Assembly: GCA_905178155.1 (NCBI GenBank)
Contig: CAJINV010000007.1
Location: 3,614,265 to 3,678,264 of the forward strand
Length of the DNA: 64,000 nt
From: Amoebophrya sp. A120
Lineage: Eukaryota > Protista > Dinoflagellata
Reading direction: 5' to 3'
Shown here: in pieces, positions 62,701 to 64,000 of the stretch
Layout: each line of letters opens with the position of its first letter
How positions within the stretch are numbered: the first letter of the stretch is position 1
The notes under the pieces: model-generated
What the model was told of the DNA's origin: nothing
Seen by the model: the letters and a program-made list of their open reading frames with translations, nothing else
Databases searched by the model: none
Made by a program: the position numbers and the translations under genes

Positions 62701-63828
62701 GCCTACGTCGCGGCGAATGGCCAACATTTAGGGCCAGCAGTGGTCGGGGAGATCGGTATAGGAATGTCCCTGGGGATTCTTGTCGCATGAAACTAAAAAA
62801 CTGCTTTTTCCAAGGCCTTTGCAAATCTGGTTGATGTGATGTTATGCAGGAAGAAACCTGTACCGTTTTCTCTCGTGTTAATAAATAATATCCAGGTATT
62901 TCCATGGAGATCGAGGGAGAGGCAAACCGCTCTCGGTGCTACGACCGCATGATGCGCGGCCTGGAATACTCCGGTGTGGCAGGCTACACGCTGTGGCACT
63001 ACTGCCCCGAGGCAAGTCAGCAGAAAAACGACGGCTGGAACAGAGAGCATCTTTCTATCTTCTCGCAAGATGAGGTATAGATCTTGATTGCATGATATTT
63101 GATGTGCCCCCACGCTTCCGCGGCTAGCAAAAAGCGATACAGTAACCGAAGATCCTGTGTATGTGTTGCAGAGTCAGCACGAATTGAACCGTCAATCTAG
63201 GTCCTGGCCAACGAGACCGCGTTTGCCGGCGGCCGCGCGCTCCCCGCCATTATCCGACCCTCGCCGTTCCTGGTTGCCGGGAGGATAAGGTACTTCAAGT
63301 TCAACGCGTTGTCGAAACGGAGGCAATTCGAATTGGAATACGAAGTATCAAATGTCAAAGTGTCTGGGTCTGGAAGAATGCAATTTGTCATGCTAAATGT
63401 GAAGCATGCAAAAATCTGTGTTGCATGATTACCAAAAGTCGTCCAGTTTTGACCAAGTCGGGAAGCAGTTTCTCATGCAGGATAGGCATGGGAAAGATCG
63501 CACAGAATCTGTCATGCTATGTCCTGCATTCCAGACGGACCTCATGGGTGATGGAATTTCTGCATGACAAATCGCGCACTCTTCCAGACCCAGACACTTT
63601 TACATTTGATACGAAGAGGTGGACTCGTGCACGACTTCGCAGACCATTCTGTTCGTGCCTCACTACCAGTACAGCAAGGAATCGGTCCGGACCCGCTGCA
63701 GTGACGGCCAGTTCATCGAGCGAGACCTGGTGGCGCAGAAGTTCATCTATGTACACGATAGCGGGATCCCCTGCGACAAAAATGGGAAGAAGATCCACAG
63801 AATACAAATCTGGCACGAACCGGCGTGA
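59728..63828 (+). CDS. GH5 endoglycoceramidase-related / sterylglucosidase-like glycosidase with N-terminal hydrophobic anchor (start uncertain, multi-exon)
   Basis: RQ|VFLRGINVGGGSKQP (intron 60109-60239), FVNRPFPLSEADDHFRRL..LGF..FRL.ITWEAVEP, IDFHQDVWSRYCGGSGAP.W, acid/base GFDTLNEP, nucleophile VVGEIG, and C-terminal GGRALPAIIRP and TILFVPHYQY. Confidence 0.87.
63346..63611. mobile_element. Introner family C copy, opposite orientation (5-bp DR CGAAG)
   Basis: TATCAAATGTCAAAGTGTCTGGGTCTGGAAGAATGC...CTTCCAGACCCAGACACTTTTACATTTGATA. CGAAG at 63341-63345 and 63612-63616. Removal gives ELEYE-EVDSC. Confidence 0.92.
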
Positions 63829-64000
63829 GGCGGGAGGGGGTCGCGGATAGCCGGAAAAGATAAAAAATTCAGCCGCAATCGTCCCAATCGAAGATGATGT
63901 ATCGTTTCCTATTAAAAGGATCTTTTTTTGAAGTTTAAACTAAATCGCAATTGTAGCAAACGCAACAATTCATTGCATGACGCTTCTCACACGCACGCGG

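Overview
Eukaryotic, intron-containing genomic DNA in which every supportable gene lies on the + strand. Many introns are non-canonical TA(T)...(A)TA elements with terminal inverted repeats and 5-bp direct repeats. This pattern suggests a syndinian dinoflagellate such as Amoebophrya (inference). Genes in order: NIPBL/Scc2 cohesin loader (5'-truncated); a FABP/calycin-domain protein; a compact ~18-kb purine-catabolism cluster; an ankyrin-repeat protein; a myosin with IQ, coiled-coil, small-GTPase-like and WD40 tail; a Ser/Gly-rich hypothetical protein; a metallophosphoesterase; a small hypothetical protein; and a GH5 endoglycoceramidase-like enzyme. The cluster comprises a divergent transthyretin-like/HIU hydrolase, a ~2,170-aa malate synthase + beta-lactamase-family serine hydrolase + allantoicase fusion, xanthine dehydrogenase, and a uricase + OHCU decarboxylase fusion. 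Three GC-rich non-autonomous TIR elements (GAGCGGGGT ends, 3-bp TSD, palindrome inside each TIR) and two unexplained GC-rich blocks are also present. Most notable: the cluster lacks a recognisable allantoinase and ureidoglycolate lyase but carries an SxxK hydrolase domain fused between malate synthase and allantoicase, a candidate new enzyme for a missing step. All family calls come from motif recognition by eye, and exon junctions were inferred from frame restoration, not from transcripts.
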